Assembly (NCBI GenBank): GCA_052327205.1
Contig: CM126204.1
Coordinates: forward strand, 302,312,001-302,376,000
Direction of reading: 5' to 3'
Length of the DNA: 64,000 bases
Source: Somniosus microcephalus
Lineage: Eukaryota
Shown: piece after piece, positions 25,446 through 37,950 of the stretch
Position numbering within the stretch: position 1 is the stretch's first letter
Layout of the letters: the number at the start of each line of letters is the position of its first letter
Position numbers and translations under genes: made by a program
The notes under the pieces: generated by a model
The model's database searches: none
Told to the model about the DNA's origin: nothing
What the model saw: the letters and a program-made list of their open reading frames with translations, nothing else

Positions 25446-25746
25446 AGAACATAAGAATTAGGAGCAGGAGTAGGCCAGGCGGCCCTCGAGCCTGCTCTGC
25501 CATTCAATAAGATCATGGCTGATCTTCGACCTCAACTCCACTTTCCCGCCCGATCTCCCTATCCCTTGAGTCCAAAAACCTACCTATCTTGGCCTTGAAT
25601 ATACCCAACGACTGAGCATCCACAGAACTTCCGGATAGAGAATTCCAAAAACCTATCTATCTTGGCCTTGAATATACCCAACGACTGAGCATCCACAGAG
25701 CTTCCGGATCGAGAATTCCAAAGATTCACAACCCACTGAGTGAAGA
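25444..25746 (-). mobile_element. Second CR1 3' fragment inserted antisense into the 3'UTR of the first CR1
   Basis: taagaacataagaattaggagcaggagtaggcc...gatcatggctgatct is the reverse complement of a CR1 3' end. Confidence 0.85.
25571..25716. repeat. 73-bp tandem duplication within the antisense CR1 fragment
   Basis: tccaaaaaccta...gagaat occurs at 25571-25643 and 25644-25716, bounded by tccaaa microhomology. Confidence 0.9.
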
Positions 25747-27849
25747 GAGCAAAGAGTAAAGTTGCAGATCAGCCATGATCTCATTGAATGGTAGAAGAGG
25801 CTCGAGAGGCTAACTGGCCTACTACTCCTCCTATGTCCCTATATCTGCTCGGACAGTCACAGTTTATATAGTGCCTGATTGTAAAATATTTTTATAGACA
25901 CTAGAAGAGCAGTTGATGTATAGATGCTGCATATAATTTCAAATATGAAATATTGGCTGGATTTAAAATAAAACTTTCAACTAGCAATGATGGGTGACTC
26001 TGTTGACATGCCATCATATCTCATACCTTTATGTTTTGAAACAAAAAGGACATATGGTGGCCTTCTGTTGTGGAGTTTCATTCTTGTGCATTTCCATTTT
26101 GCTTTTGAGTTTTAATTATTAATGATATATTTGCATAGTTTTTTTCAAGCTATTTTAAAAACAAATTTCTATCATCCTTTATCACATTGTGGCAATATAC
26201 CGTGTGATAGGTGATATTTCATCAAAAAAGAAGAGGACCAGGCCTCCTTCCACTAGCCAGAACAAAAGGGACACAACAGTTATAAATATTGCTGAATTGT
26301 TTACGAGCTATTTGGACAGAAAATAAAAGGAACTGAACACATTACACTGGACAGCTGCAGCGGTCTGTGGGGAAAGTTGGTACAGATGGTAGAAAAAGTG
26401 GTAAAATAAACTGCCTTATGGCTGCTAAATAAAAAAAAGAGAATGAGGTTTGTCGATCGAACGTAAGAAATTTGTTCCCCTGAGGGAGTTTCAATACTCA
26501 TTGGGCCAAATTAAGGAGAATATTACAGATGACAACAATCCTGTTGATTTTCTTTTTTTTTTAAAAAACAGAAAGCTGGATATTTATTAGTTAATATTTC
26601 TTCAAAAAAATGATGTACAAAACACTATGGTAATAGTTTCCTAATGAGGGTTACAATCATAATTTACACTTGGCTTTTTTTTAAGTGAGTGTATGTGTGT
26701 GAGAGAGAGAAAGACAGAGAGAGCAAGAAGTGGAGCTGATTCTAATGAGCACCTGCTTTTTTTATGCAGAGTATATAATGCCAAAGTTCTAGGTCCTGTA
26801 TAGATGCATAGCCCCGTTTTAAAAGGACATTTCCTCTTTCATTTGTCTACATAGGTTCAAGTGTGAAACTGAACAGTCAAACTTTGCCACTGTGCTTTTA
26901 CCTATTTGGACCTGTAATTAATTATCTTTTAAAGTGTTCTGTATCTGGGCGAAAAGTACCACTGAATAGTAGCCACTGTTGTGATAATTTGCAGCATATT
27001 TGCCACTATGTTTTCAGGTGGGAGAGCGTGGGCTGTGCTATTGTACCATTGCAATATCCTAGTACGGAGAAGAGAGGGAAGCTCGGACTGTTTGAGAGAT
27101 TGCAAGCATGTGGCATTATAAAAATACTATTTAAAAGATGTGATTCACTGTATTAAAAATAAATTAATGTGAGTAAAAATAATGTGGTAGTACCTCAGGT
27201 CATTCATCATCATCCTTTGCATATTGTAAAATCAATTTACCTTCAGGTCCTGTATCACACAACATTTTTGATAGGCAATGTGCAGGCATCTTAGTAAAGC
27301 TTAAACATTTGCAAAGAAAATTCACTGCCATATGTCTATTATACATAGTAATAGGGAACTCCAGGTAAATTTTAAAACAATCTAATATCGGGGTTCAGAT
27401 GACAAACAGGGACCACTTGTAGACTTTATGATGTCATCTCAATGTCCTCAATTAGATTAATGCTTTCTAATTCACAAATAAACCTGTCTAGTTACCAACT
27501 GCTCTGCACTTAGGTCCTTCTGGAGTGATGCTTTTACCACCGGTGCAGTAGGTTTTTAGTCTTAATCTAGAGTGTTTTGGAAATCTGAGTGACAGATAGA
27601 TGTTTTGGACTCATTCCAAAAAAAGTGCTTACTTTTTTCATACCTCTTCCCCGCCACCCCACCCCACTCAATTCCTAGGGTTAACTTCAAGACTACTTGT
27701 AAATTTTGCACTGATTTTCATTGATTAATAGGGCTACAAATCTAAAACTCACTCTTACTTACATTTCTTCTTCCCCCAATCCTTCACCTGCAGCCTCCTC
27801 AACAGGTGCAACAACCCAGCTGATCTGTGAGTTAGCCAGTATTGAGCTT

Positions 27850-27856
<7 letters not shown>

Positions 27857-27888
<32 letters not shown>
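27857..27888. repeat. (AT)n microsatellite
   Basis: Direct reading. Confidence 0.95.
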
Positions 27889-27891
<3 letters not shown>

Positions 27892-30663
27892 GCATTTATT
27901 GTGTGTATTCCCCTGATGCTGTGTTGAAACCACCCAACTCAACCTGCTCTGGGTTGGGATTGGCCCTAAGCACAGCTGACCATTGCCGAAACACAGTCAG
28001 CAGTTAAGTGAGCCAAGCCAAGTGCCAGAAGGAGTTATGGAACCAGAACTGAAGAGGTCAATGGAACAGATGGGGCACCAGTGTCATAATGTCTGTACAT
28101 CAGGATGGCAGGAGGTCCACTTTCCTCGCCAGTATTCTAAAGGAGATCCAATTTATGTTCACCAGACTGTTGAGAAAGAATCTGAACATATCCAAACAAG
28201 TAAGTTCAAGGAGGAGGTACTCTTTCAGGAGGCCAGTCTAGAGAAGGCATAAAAGGGTTAATGAGCCTAGCTTGAGCAAGGTTTTTCCCTGAGGGGAGAT
28301 GCTCCCAGCCTTAGCTGTAGTGGGATGTGAAGTCCCTTTCCAAGAGCAATGAGACAATTGGGAATGTTAAGAAAAAAATATAGATGGACTGGCTGAGTTG
28401 AAAGAAATTGTGGCATGAAGTGAAGAAACGAAAAGAAGTCGGTGACTTTGGAGCAAGCTGTGTGGTCAAAACAAGCTGCATTTCTGTTGGTACGATGCAT
28501 TGTTTTACTGTGCTGCAGAATATGTTAATAGTATTATTATTCTGCTCATACTCCCTGGTAGCTGTGATTTGAAGGAGTTCATTGCACTTTGTGCAAGAAG
28601 GCTTGAGTACTAACCTTAACTGAAACCACACCCCCAAGCTGTTTTGTCCTTGAGTCACTTAATCATTTGGATGAAGCTGTTAAATTGCTCTTCTAATTAT
28701 TGTGGGGTAGTTAATAAATTCAGTCAGTGATATTCATTCTGAGGAAGCTGCCTCCTACTTTTGTACAGGATTTGTTCAAAAGAAATTTGGTTTGTAATAA
28801 TATAAGAAATTATTTATAAAGTTAAAGTTCTACCCTGTGTATAAAGTAAGATGTTTTGGCACTTGAGTGAAAAGATCCAAGATAGGCTGATCAGGGGGGT
28901 GCTACCCAAATTACCCTTGGTGAGGTCACAACAGTTGCAGAGTATCATGCAACTGTTTTCTCAGCATCAAGTATGCTGTTCTATTGTGAGTATGCAGTGT
29001 AATCAGATCAATACAACATTCTTTTTACTCAGCAAAAAAAATGTCCTCAGTGGGGAGTCAAAATGCCCCTGGAGATAACTTTTCCCAGTAGACTGTCTCT
29101 TCGCCCCCCCCGATAGAAACTCAAGCCCTCCGCATAATTGCACTGGATTTTCAAAGAGGTGGTTTAGCGTAGCTGGTCTCTAGAAATCAAGAGAATACTG
29201 CTGTATGTGACTAGACTAATTGGTGAATTTGTCTAGAAAAATGCTCCACAGCCCACAATAGGTGAGAATTCGGTCCTTTCTTCTTTTGGTTCTAAGTGAA
29301 CAATCACTTTTCTTCAGGCTAATTAAAGTGCTTGCAGATTAGTCGAGCAAAGACAAACTTGAGCCTACTTTTTAGTACAGGGAGTAATAGTAAATGTGTA
29401 AATGAGTCCTGCTAGTTCTGGAGAGCAGGTTGTACAAAAATGCAATTAATTCAGAAAATTATTAAATTGACTGAATTTCATAGCACTTAAGTACTCTATT
29501 TTGGTGCGTTCTTAATTGGATGATTAATACTGGATCTTTTTCCCTACGCACAGTCCCTTTTTCCAGATGGCAAATGGTAGGTCCCAACCCTCTTTGTACA
29601 CAAAGAGGTCATGGTTCAAAGTCAAAGATACAGAGATACCACAATAATCAATCATTGGAACTTGCCTGCTTGCTGTGACCAGCCAGGCAAAATTGAGTCT
29701 CTCTTGTTAGCAACAAAATTATAGGAGGGTTTGTGTGTTTTTTACTTTATAAAAAAAAGTGTGAGGAGAGAGACTTCATTCTACATTTTACTATATTAAT
29801 TTATAGTTGTAAACTGTGAGGGTAACATTTGGCTTTCATCGCTGCTCAGAATGGCAGTTAAAAAGACATTCTTTGTAAGTCTTCTGTAGAGAGCTTCTCA
29901 TTTCACTCTGCACAGCGTGCTGTTACTCTGAGCTGCTTTACTAATTAAATTCAATTGCTATCCATTAGACTGATGGAATGAGAAGAATCCACTGTACAGC
30001 TGACTCAGTACAGGTCTGTGTGGCCACATTCACCCTTCAGTACACTGCCACCTATTCATTTTTATACAGCTATCGTCAGACAGTAGTACTCTTGCCCCAG
30101 GCTTGAAAATAAAAATCGTGGCATTCCTAATCCCTTTGTCCATTACACCAGGTAATTAAGGAAGTATTTCTGATGCTTAGGCCTTTTTGTGACATACACT
30201 TGAGAGATGTCATCATTATTAAATCTGTTCTTTTCCACAGTCCACTCTCATATATTTTTCAGAATATTGTGTTCATTACATGGTACTGTTTGCCTCAAAG
30301 GAGTTCACTACATTCTCAGTTGCATTTCTGTAACAAAGGCCCAAAATATTATCGGAGATTAGGCATTTCCCAACTGGTGACAGAAAATCAGAGGGCAAGT
30401 CATGACTGGCAACTATTGGAATTGTCCAGTAGGCTGCTCAAAATTGGCTTTGGCAAAGGCATGAGATGAGATTGCCTGGCAATGATATCAGCTGGTTCAT
30501 TTTAGCGGGTAGCTTATAGTAAAAGCATTGCTAGTACAAATAGTAGTTACTATTTAAAATCTAATTCACGTGATATGGAACAGTCTTTCCTATAAACTGC
30601 CATTTTGGCTAGGTTTAAATAGGAAGGCTTTGTGTAAATAATACAGTTTTATAAAAATTAGCG

Positions 30664-31739
30664 GGCCTAGAAATTCGATCACACCTGAAAATGGGCTCGC
30701 AGGGGACGGGGCTGTGGTCTAGGTAGTGGACAGGAAGAGGGAGATCCTGTCCTGTCCCCCAAGGCGGGAAGAAAGCCCTCCGGGCAACACCTCTGCTGCC
30801 AGTGGGAAGAGGTCGCTGAGGAGGTCAATGCCGTGAGCTTAGCTCCCAAAACATGGCTACAATGCAAGAAAAAGTTCAATTACCTCACCAGAGTTGTCAT
30901 GGTAAGAATCCTGCCTCTCACCTCAACTTCTCTCTCCTCACACCTGCACCACCTGCCGCTTCACGACTCCCAATACTCCCCTCCCCCGCTTACCTTCTCC
31001 TACAACCACTGAGACACACATCACTGCACCTCCTCTTCCTACTCTCACTACTATTGAAACCCTCGCTTCTCACACCTTGCACATGACACACAAACTATTT
31101 CAACGTGACGGGCACATTTTCAAAACAGTTCACAATGCTGTCTCCAACACACTCCCTTCTTTCTTGCAGAAGAAGGTCACGCACAACATGAGGCAGGAGG
31201 TGGCTACCGGAGGAGGCCGAACCCGCCCGCACACCCTTTCCCCTCCGGAGGAAGACAGGCTGGTCATTACGGGCAGGGGCAAAGTCATGGCCGTGGTAAG
31301 TGGCAGTGCTGGAGGATATGACATACAGGGTTTCTTCACATATTAATTCACCAGGCACACCAGCAGCACCAACATCCACACCAACCTTCTCCGCAATCAA
31401 CTGATGCTGCACTGGACACAGGACATCATCACCCGCGCACATTGCTGCCTGGGATACCAGCGATGGCCTCACCATGTCCAGATTAGCTTCACTTTACACT
31501 GTACACCCTGGCTGCCACATGATGCACCAGGTTGGCACCACCCCACACCAGCACCATAAAGCATCCCTACAATGTCCAAGCCATTCCTTTCACATGCCTC
31601 ACCATTGGGGGGTGGGGATGTTATGTCTCACATTCACTGCAACTGACTGAGCCACATCCAAAGGTGCACACACATCCGAGCGGAATGAGTGGCCGCCTGC
31701 TATATTGGACCCTTCGGAGCCCGAACGAATTTCTAGACC
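30664..31739 (+). mobile_element. Internally deleted PIF/Harbinger transposon
   Basis: TIRs ggcctagaaattcgatc / gaacgaatttctagacc (15/17 match). Contains a Myb/SANT gene; no transposase recognised. Confidence 0.8.
30720..31330 (+). pseudogene. Harbinger Myb/SANT-like DNA-binding protein (NAIF1/MSANTD-type), two exons, decayed
   Basis: Exon 1 ...QWEEVAEEVNAVSLAPKTWLQCKKKFNYLTRVVM, phase-0 intron GTAAGA (30902) to ttcttgcAG (31169), exon 2 KKVTHNMRQEVATGGGR...LSPPEED. Confidence 0.8.
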
Positions 31740-33047
31740 ATGGTCGTTGAGAAGAATGTCTTGCAGCCTAGTGCCATGGTGGATACTGTCAGAACATTGT
31801 TCAGTCGAATGACCATACATTCTTTTTAAAGCTGCAGCGCCGCATCATTGCCAAATCATAAATGTTTCCATTGCACAAATAGGAGGTAAAGAAGCAGGCC
31901 TTTATTAAGAATTTGTTCTTTCTGCATCAGCCATTATGAAGAGGTTTAAGCCTTCATTGTGGAGTCCCGTTTGAGAAACACACAATTTATGCATTCATGC
32001 TGGATTCCCTGATCTTCTGCAAATTGCAACATACCTTGCACACGTTTCTCAGGTGAGTAGAAAAATGCATGAAGTAAGGTAACTAACTTTACCTGAGAAA
32101 ACCTGAATTTCTTTACCATGAACATAACTTAGGAAAATTTGTTCGAAATGTCATGAGTGTCTTGGCTTTCCTCCCCCCCCCTTGTCCCACTGCCACTTTC
32201 CTTAGGGAAGTATATGCCTCTGCTCAGCATCTCCCCAATGTTATGACTAAGATGAGGAGAATGAGTTTGAAATTCTTTGTACCTTATATCAAAATTTACA
32301 AAATTGTGACACAATATCATTGCTGCTTTAAACTACTTTTGCCATTAGGACTGCTAATCATATTTGATAAATTCAAATAGTCGCCAGCACAAATCCACAA
32401 ACTGAACATTCCACAGATTAAGCTCTGCTGTGCCAGTGATCTGTCTTTAGATCTCCCTTACACATGACATTGGAAATGATAATGTATCCTTTTCCTTTGT
32501 CTGTGCTGGAGCAGAGTCTCAGTGGGACGAGTTACCAAAAAATTTATTTTCCTTTAGTGTCCAATTTTAATTCTCTTTATCCTGTGTGAACACTAACAAA
32601 ATATCTTTTTAATAACCGGATTTGAAAAAAAAAACCTGCAAAGAATGATTTTTAATGTTGCTGTGTGTGAACAAACTTCCCTTTACCCACCAAAGGAATG
32701 CTTCCTTGTCAATTCTTGGGCTAGCTGTTCTGAAATGTACAAATAAACAGAGGAGTATGGAATAAAATTGGACAGAAATCTCCATCAAAATGCTTATTTT
32801 CCTTTAATTCTCCAAACAACAAATCACTTGATTCCGGTTCAGTTAGTGCTATACAAGAGATGTTAGTATTTGAATTGTGTAGAAGTTTCGACTGCTCAGT
32901 GGGTGAAATGGTAACTTGCTGTACCATAGATTGGTGAGATGCAGATAAATGCTAGTGACCTCCTCAGGCTGTGAGTTCTTGATCTCAGCCAGAGTTATCA
33001 GAGGATGCAGCAAGGAGAGAGGGAAAAACAGCATGGCTCACACACAC

Positions 33048-33234
33048 GGATAGGTCTTGACTTTGTGCGATAGTATAAAATGGGTGATAACAAGTCAGCA
33101 GCAGCCCATTTTCCATCTCTCCCAATTTTTATTTCCATTGAAGTCAGTGGAAATAAAAATCAGGAGAGATGGAACATGAGCTGCCAATTCGTTATTGCCC
33201 ATTTGAAACAATTGCACAAAGTCAAGATCTACCC
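33048..33234. mobile_element. Palindromic hairpin MITE (~187 bp)
   Basis: The whole element is an imperfect inverted repeat: ggataggtcttgactttgtgc...gcacaaagtcaagatctaccc, centred on tttatttccattgaagtcagtggaaataaa. Confidence 0.85.
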
Positions 33235-34249
33235 CATAGTCTCTAGTAGCTGGTTACAAAGCAGCATTCTAGAGGCTTGGGTGTGGATGTGAATTTTCTA
33301 TATTCTTAGCTGAAAAATAGTTTGTAACACATGATGGATGTGGATATATGCTTTAATAGAAGACTTCTCCCCCTCCTCTGTGAGAGCAGGAAACACCAGG
33401 CAGTTCTAAGATGTGTTTGGTCCTGTAGAGTTGTTATTTTCAGTAAGTAGTACACCAATAATGCATTACATCATTTTTGTTTCCCCAGATTGTCAATTTT
33501 CCTATATTTATAGTCCAAACTGTATAATTACCTCCTCAAGCACCCACACAATATGACCGACGGGGTAAATAGTTCCTTGATTCTACACTCTAACTCAGCA
33601 ACCTCAAATTGAAGGGTAAAGTGGATTTTAAAATCTGAAACAGCTTTCCATTGCAGTTAATAGTAGATCGCAAGAGTATTGATGTTTCCATGTTCGTTTA
33701 AACCCCTCAGTAGTAAACAAACATTTGCAGTAAACAAGTTATTCACTTAACTGCAATCACTCTCATTACTGACATTTAAGTCGGGGCATGCATAATTAAA
33801 AGCAACTCAGCAGGGATATGTGGAGGCATAACTGGAACCAGGAAGCAGGACAGTTAGTGAACACCTGAAGAATGTTTTTAAGACCTTCGAGCTCACTTGT
33901 TTACCTTGTTAAGTCAGTTTGATGGTCTCGGGTTTCTCATTGTGATGGTGTTCGAGCTCTTCCACATATGTAGCTCATTCGCATTACTGTCCTGAGACTT
34001 ATCACTGCCTTTTGAGTCAAAATGCGGAAATGTTTTTATGTGTAAAGATTTTCCAGTGTAAACATATTAAATGGAAGAAGCACTTAACAAAGAGAGACGG
34101 TTTTTGTAAAAACCATCTCTGCAGGCACTTGGCCTCCCTATCACACAGAGGTTCTACTCCAGTACATGTGTGAGAGGAGAGGGTGATTTTTGTCCCCATT
34201 TTCCTGCAAGCTGAATATCACTGTGTTCTAATTACCACCCCATTCTCGG

Positions 34250-34841
34250 CGACACCTGGTTTGCTGCAATTTTGGAGTGGGCCAGGAAACAAGTGAGCAT
34301 CGCCCCTTCCTGAAACAGGCAGGAGCCTACTTACATATACAAATAGGGGTCCTACACCGTCTGTGGGACTGCAATGCAACTTTGGTGTTCCAGTGGAACT
34401 GATGGTTGACCAGCCGAGTCAGCGGTCCTTAAAGGGACCGCTCTGAAAAGCCTTCAAAAAAGCTGTGTCACTCATTTTTTGGGGGGCCAAGAGGAACATG
34501 AATATTCCTCCTGGCCCCACAAGAATTTTCCTGCTGACTCCTCTGTGACACCCCTCTTTCCACCCCCCCCCCGCCCCCGTTTTCCCTCCGCGATTGGCCC
34601 TCCTCCCCCGCTTAAGGGTCTACTTCCTGTTCGGTTCAGTGGTGAGCTACCAGATTTCCCTCGCCCCCGATCAGCAAGCTGCCTGATGGCGCTCGTTCAG
34701 CGCTGGCAGCTTGCTGCAAGGATTCTAATGAGGCCTGACCATGAAAATGGTTCAGGCCTCTCTCGCTGGTGCCATCGAGCAGGGCGGTGCAATTGCTCCT
34801 TCCACCCGCCCAATGTGCACCCAAAATGAAAATCGGAGCCC
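34250..34841. mobile_element. Partial GC-rich Harbinger-type MITE
   Basis: GC/CpG-rich block ending gaaaatcggagccc, similar in style to the other GGG..CCC-ended MITEs; left end unclear. Confidence 0.5.
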
Positions 34842-35087
34842 TGGAATTTCTAAACTGTCAACACAAGAATGCAAGTTAAAGACTGGCAGGACTGTCGCTT
34901 CTTCACCAGTGTTAAAGTTTCTTCTGGATTTCCAGTGCAGTGAGGCAGAGAAGCACTTTGAGTAATACTGGCAGCTCTGCATTCTTCTGTACTCATTGGT
35001 GCCAGCTCATACTGCAAAAAAACAGACACCAGAGTCAAACTAGTAGTTGCAGCATAAAGGCAGCATTAAATAGAACAGTATAATATT

Positions 35088-35282
35088 GGTCTGGAAATTA
35101 CTGAGTGGTGTTATTGTACAAATGGTTAATGTGTTGGTAGCCATTTTTCCCCTCTATTTTAACAGACATTAATTCATCTAAAACAAGTGGGTAAACACCT
35201 CCATTAAAATAGCAAAGGGACGATTTGGTGCAGGTATGTTGAGCATTTGAATGATAACATTACGTATAGTAATTTTCAGGCT
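35088..35282. mobile_element. Degenerate palindromic MITE
   Basis: Ends ggtctggaaattact / agtaattttcaggc, with internal inverted symmetry (ctattttaa / ttaaaatag). Confidence 0.6.
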
Positions 35283-36167
35283 TTCCTTCATAATTATTAT
35301 TTAGTGGTTGGCACCAAGTATTGTAAGGGTTGAACTTCACCCGAAGAAAAAAGGAACAAATGAGGCTTACCATACAATCCATATTAAACGGCCTGGAGAT
35401 AGGGTCATGACACTAATGTCTGGAGTTTAATTTTATTGACCTTTAAATAATCAGTTTGATTGAGACAGTTGTATTAGGAAGAACTGAGAAACATTAATAG
35501 ACAACAACATTTAGGCAGAATTCATTAAAAAGAATGGAGTCTAAAACTTTCTAGTTGCAAAAGCAAATTAAAAATATCAACCTAAGTTCCAGTCTTTCGA
35601 ATGAAACAGGCAGAGGATTTTACTCTGTCCCAATTTACATGGTGGCCATAATTTTCTTGTCAAGTAGATTTAAATAGTTATTAATTAGGAAAAACATACT
35701 GAAGCTCATTTCACATACTCCATGTTTAATCAGGTAATATTTGGGTGACAAATCTTGAAAGCTTGACCTGTTCTGAAGGTCCTGACACCTGTTGCTTTTG
35801 TGAAGCTGGAAAGGTTTAGCAATTAATGTGTACACAAGCCAAAACCTGTTGCTTTAATTTACTAGCAAGTATCCTCAATTTGCCAGCAGCATATAAAAAA
35901 TAAGCAGCTAGTTTCTTTTTGTGAATTAAATTGTATCAGCTAGTTTTCTGAAAAGAGTTGATTATATTTGGATCAATTCCTGTAACTTGGTGGCTAAGTA
36001 GTGAATAAACCGCCCTCTGCCCTTGTGCTATGTAACCGTTTTGCTGTAAGACAGCTCTGTGAAAGTGAAGACTTTACTTCAGCCATTTGTTCAAAAAGTG
36101 CAGCTATTCCAAGTGTACAATAATGTTATTGTCATTGACTAACATACTATGATCCATATCTTAACCT

Positions 36168-36310
36168 AAAAGGAAAATACTGCAGATACTTTCATCTGGA
36201 ACACTCAGCGGGTCAGACAAAAGGCCATAGTCCTGAAACGTTAGCCCTACTTCCTTCTCCACAGATGCTGCCTGACCTGCTGAGTGTTTGCAGCATTTTC
36301 TGTTTCTGTT
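36168..36310. mobile_element. Penelope-like element terminal fragment with inverted arm
   Basis: cctgaaacgttagccctacttccttctccacagatgctgcctgacctgctgagtgtttgcagcattttctg, preceded by a partial inverted copy (aaaatactgcagatact...actcagcgggtcagac). Family assignment is from recall. Confidence 0.6.
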
Positions 36311-37570
36311 CCCTATTTTTACCACTTTAGTTAATGCTATTTCCACAATCTTCTGTTATTCTTACCAGACTTTTGGGCTTGCAAAGAAAATGACTTTAAA
36401 AAGCTTTCTTTTTGGGGGTACTTTGGTCACTTGCATGGTCAGGTTGACTTGTCCCATTGTATAGTAAGTGCACTGTGTTACACTGCAGGAGGTGCACTGG
36501 GACAGTGGGTACAAATTGGACTAAGAATGTAAAATGAGACGGCATGGTTCCATGCAGAAATGCAATCAGTTTCAGCTGAAAGGATGGGACAGGAATAATA
36601 AATCTGTCGATACTGCAGAAAACAATATGGTGCTCCCCAAAGATGGGTGATAGTGACTGATTGATGACAGCTCAAAGGATCACTGACTAACTATAGCTTA
36701 GGGATTATGGATACCTAGCTTTGCCTTGTCATTCATAGATAGTGATGCCAACAACTGATAGAATTTTTTTTTAAATCAGCTCTATGGGATTTTTGACTAT
36801 TGATGTTTCCTTCTCTCTGTGTAATATAACTTGTTTTGTCCCTGTCTTGCGGAGTAACGAACAAGTGCTGCATTAGAGGAAAGGGGGCATGAGGATAGTG
36901 AAGGAATCCAGGCCAAATTGTGGTCTGCTTGTGTATATGTTAATCCTTTCAGTATTGAATACAAGGTGCAGTTTTATAGACTTCTCCGTTATTTAACTTT
37001 TTGATTTGTGTCCATTATAGAAATGAGGAATGCTAGTGCTAGGGAATGGAATTTTCATTTCTAACACCCAGAAGGCAGCATTAAGCACTCTCTGGTTAGA
37101 TATAATCTGTCAAATAAAGCACCCTCTACTCTACCCTGACAATATGCCTTCACCTCAGCTTCCATAAAGCACCCCTCCATTGTGCCAATTTGAATTTTTG
37201 CATCATTGTTTCAGACTTTCTGATTGAAATTGTTAATTGAGTGATGATTTTTGTAAATTATGGCCAATTTTGTGCTGTAGGCTGAAATCTACTTGGGACT
37301 TAGTTGAGACTGCCCCAGCTTACTTCAAATAGAAACCTAGGTAAAACTCCCTGGTCAATGCTATGCATACCATTTAACACATTTTGTTAAGTCCAAAAGT
37401 AGATAGGGGCAGGATAAGAGTAGGTAGAGGATAGGATTGTGGTCTGCATTCTGAGGCTTGGTTTCCTGTTGATAAAAATTCATTGAAAACATTATTAACT
37501 TTAATAACTAATACTTCCACATCAAGATATAAAGAAATAAATGAGGGAAATGTACTTTTAGGTTATAAGC

Positions 37571-37950
37571 GCCAGCTTGGTTCAGTGGTAGCACTTTGAT
37601 CTCTTGAGTCAGAAGGACATGGGTTCAAGCACCACTCTAGGATATGAGCACATAATCTAGGCCACACTTCTGTGTAGTACTGAGGAAATAATGCATTAGC
37701 AGAAGTACTATTTCTTGGATGAGATTTTAAAACATGCCTTGTATGCCTACTCAGATGAGCATAAAAGTTCCCATGGCACTATTTGAAGAAGAGCAGGGCA
37801 GTTCTCCCCATGTCCTGGCCAACATTCATCCCTTAACGAATGGCACCAAAAAAACAGCTTAACTGCTATTTGTGCGATCTTGCTGTGCACAAATTGGCTG
37901 CCGCATGTGTCTATGTAACAACAGTGACTACACTTCAAAACAGTTCATTT
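37571..37950 (+). mobile_element. Deu-domain (SacSINE1-like) tRNA SINE, near full length
   Basis: A-box-like tggttcagtggtagc, B-box-like ggttcaagcacc, core aaaagttcccatggcactatttgaagaagagcaggg, and 3' acaacagtgactacacttcaaaa. Confidence 0.8.

Larger units (their letters stand above)
20420..25845 (+). mobile_element. Near full-length, decayed CR1 LINE with two nested insertions
   Basis: 5'UTR, ORF1 (Cys-rich/leucine zipper plus SGNH esterase), ORF2 (APE endonuclease plus RT), and 3'UTR ending agatcagccatgatctcattgaatgg...cctactactcctcctatgtccctat. The 5' boundary is approximate. Confidence 0.9.

Noticed and set aside
27983-28252. 89-aa purine-rich ORF (possible exon or LTR relic)
   Set aside because: No motif or splice support; I could not assign it to any family.
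28455-28515. Short hairpin aaaacaagctgcat...atgcattgtttt as a possible pre-miRNA
   Set aside because: The stem is too short and imperfect, and it matches no miRNA I recognise.
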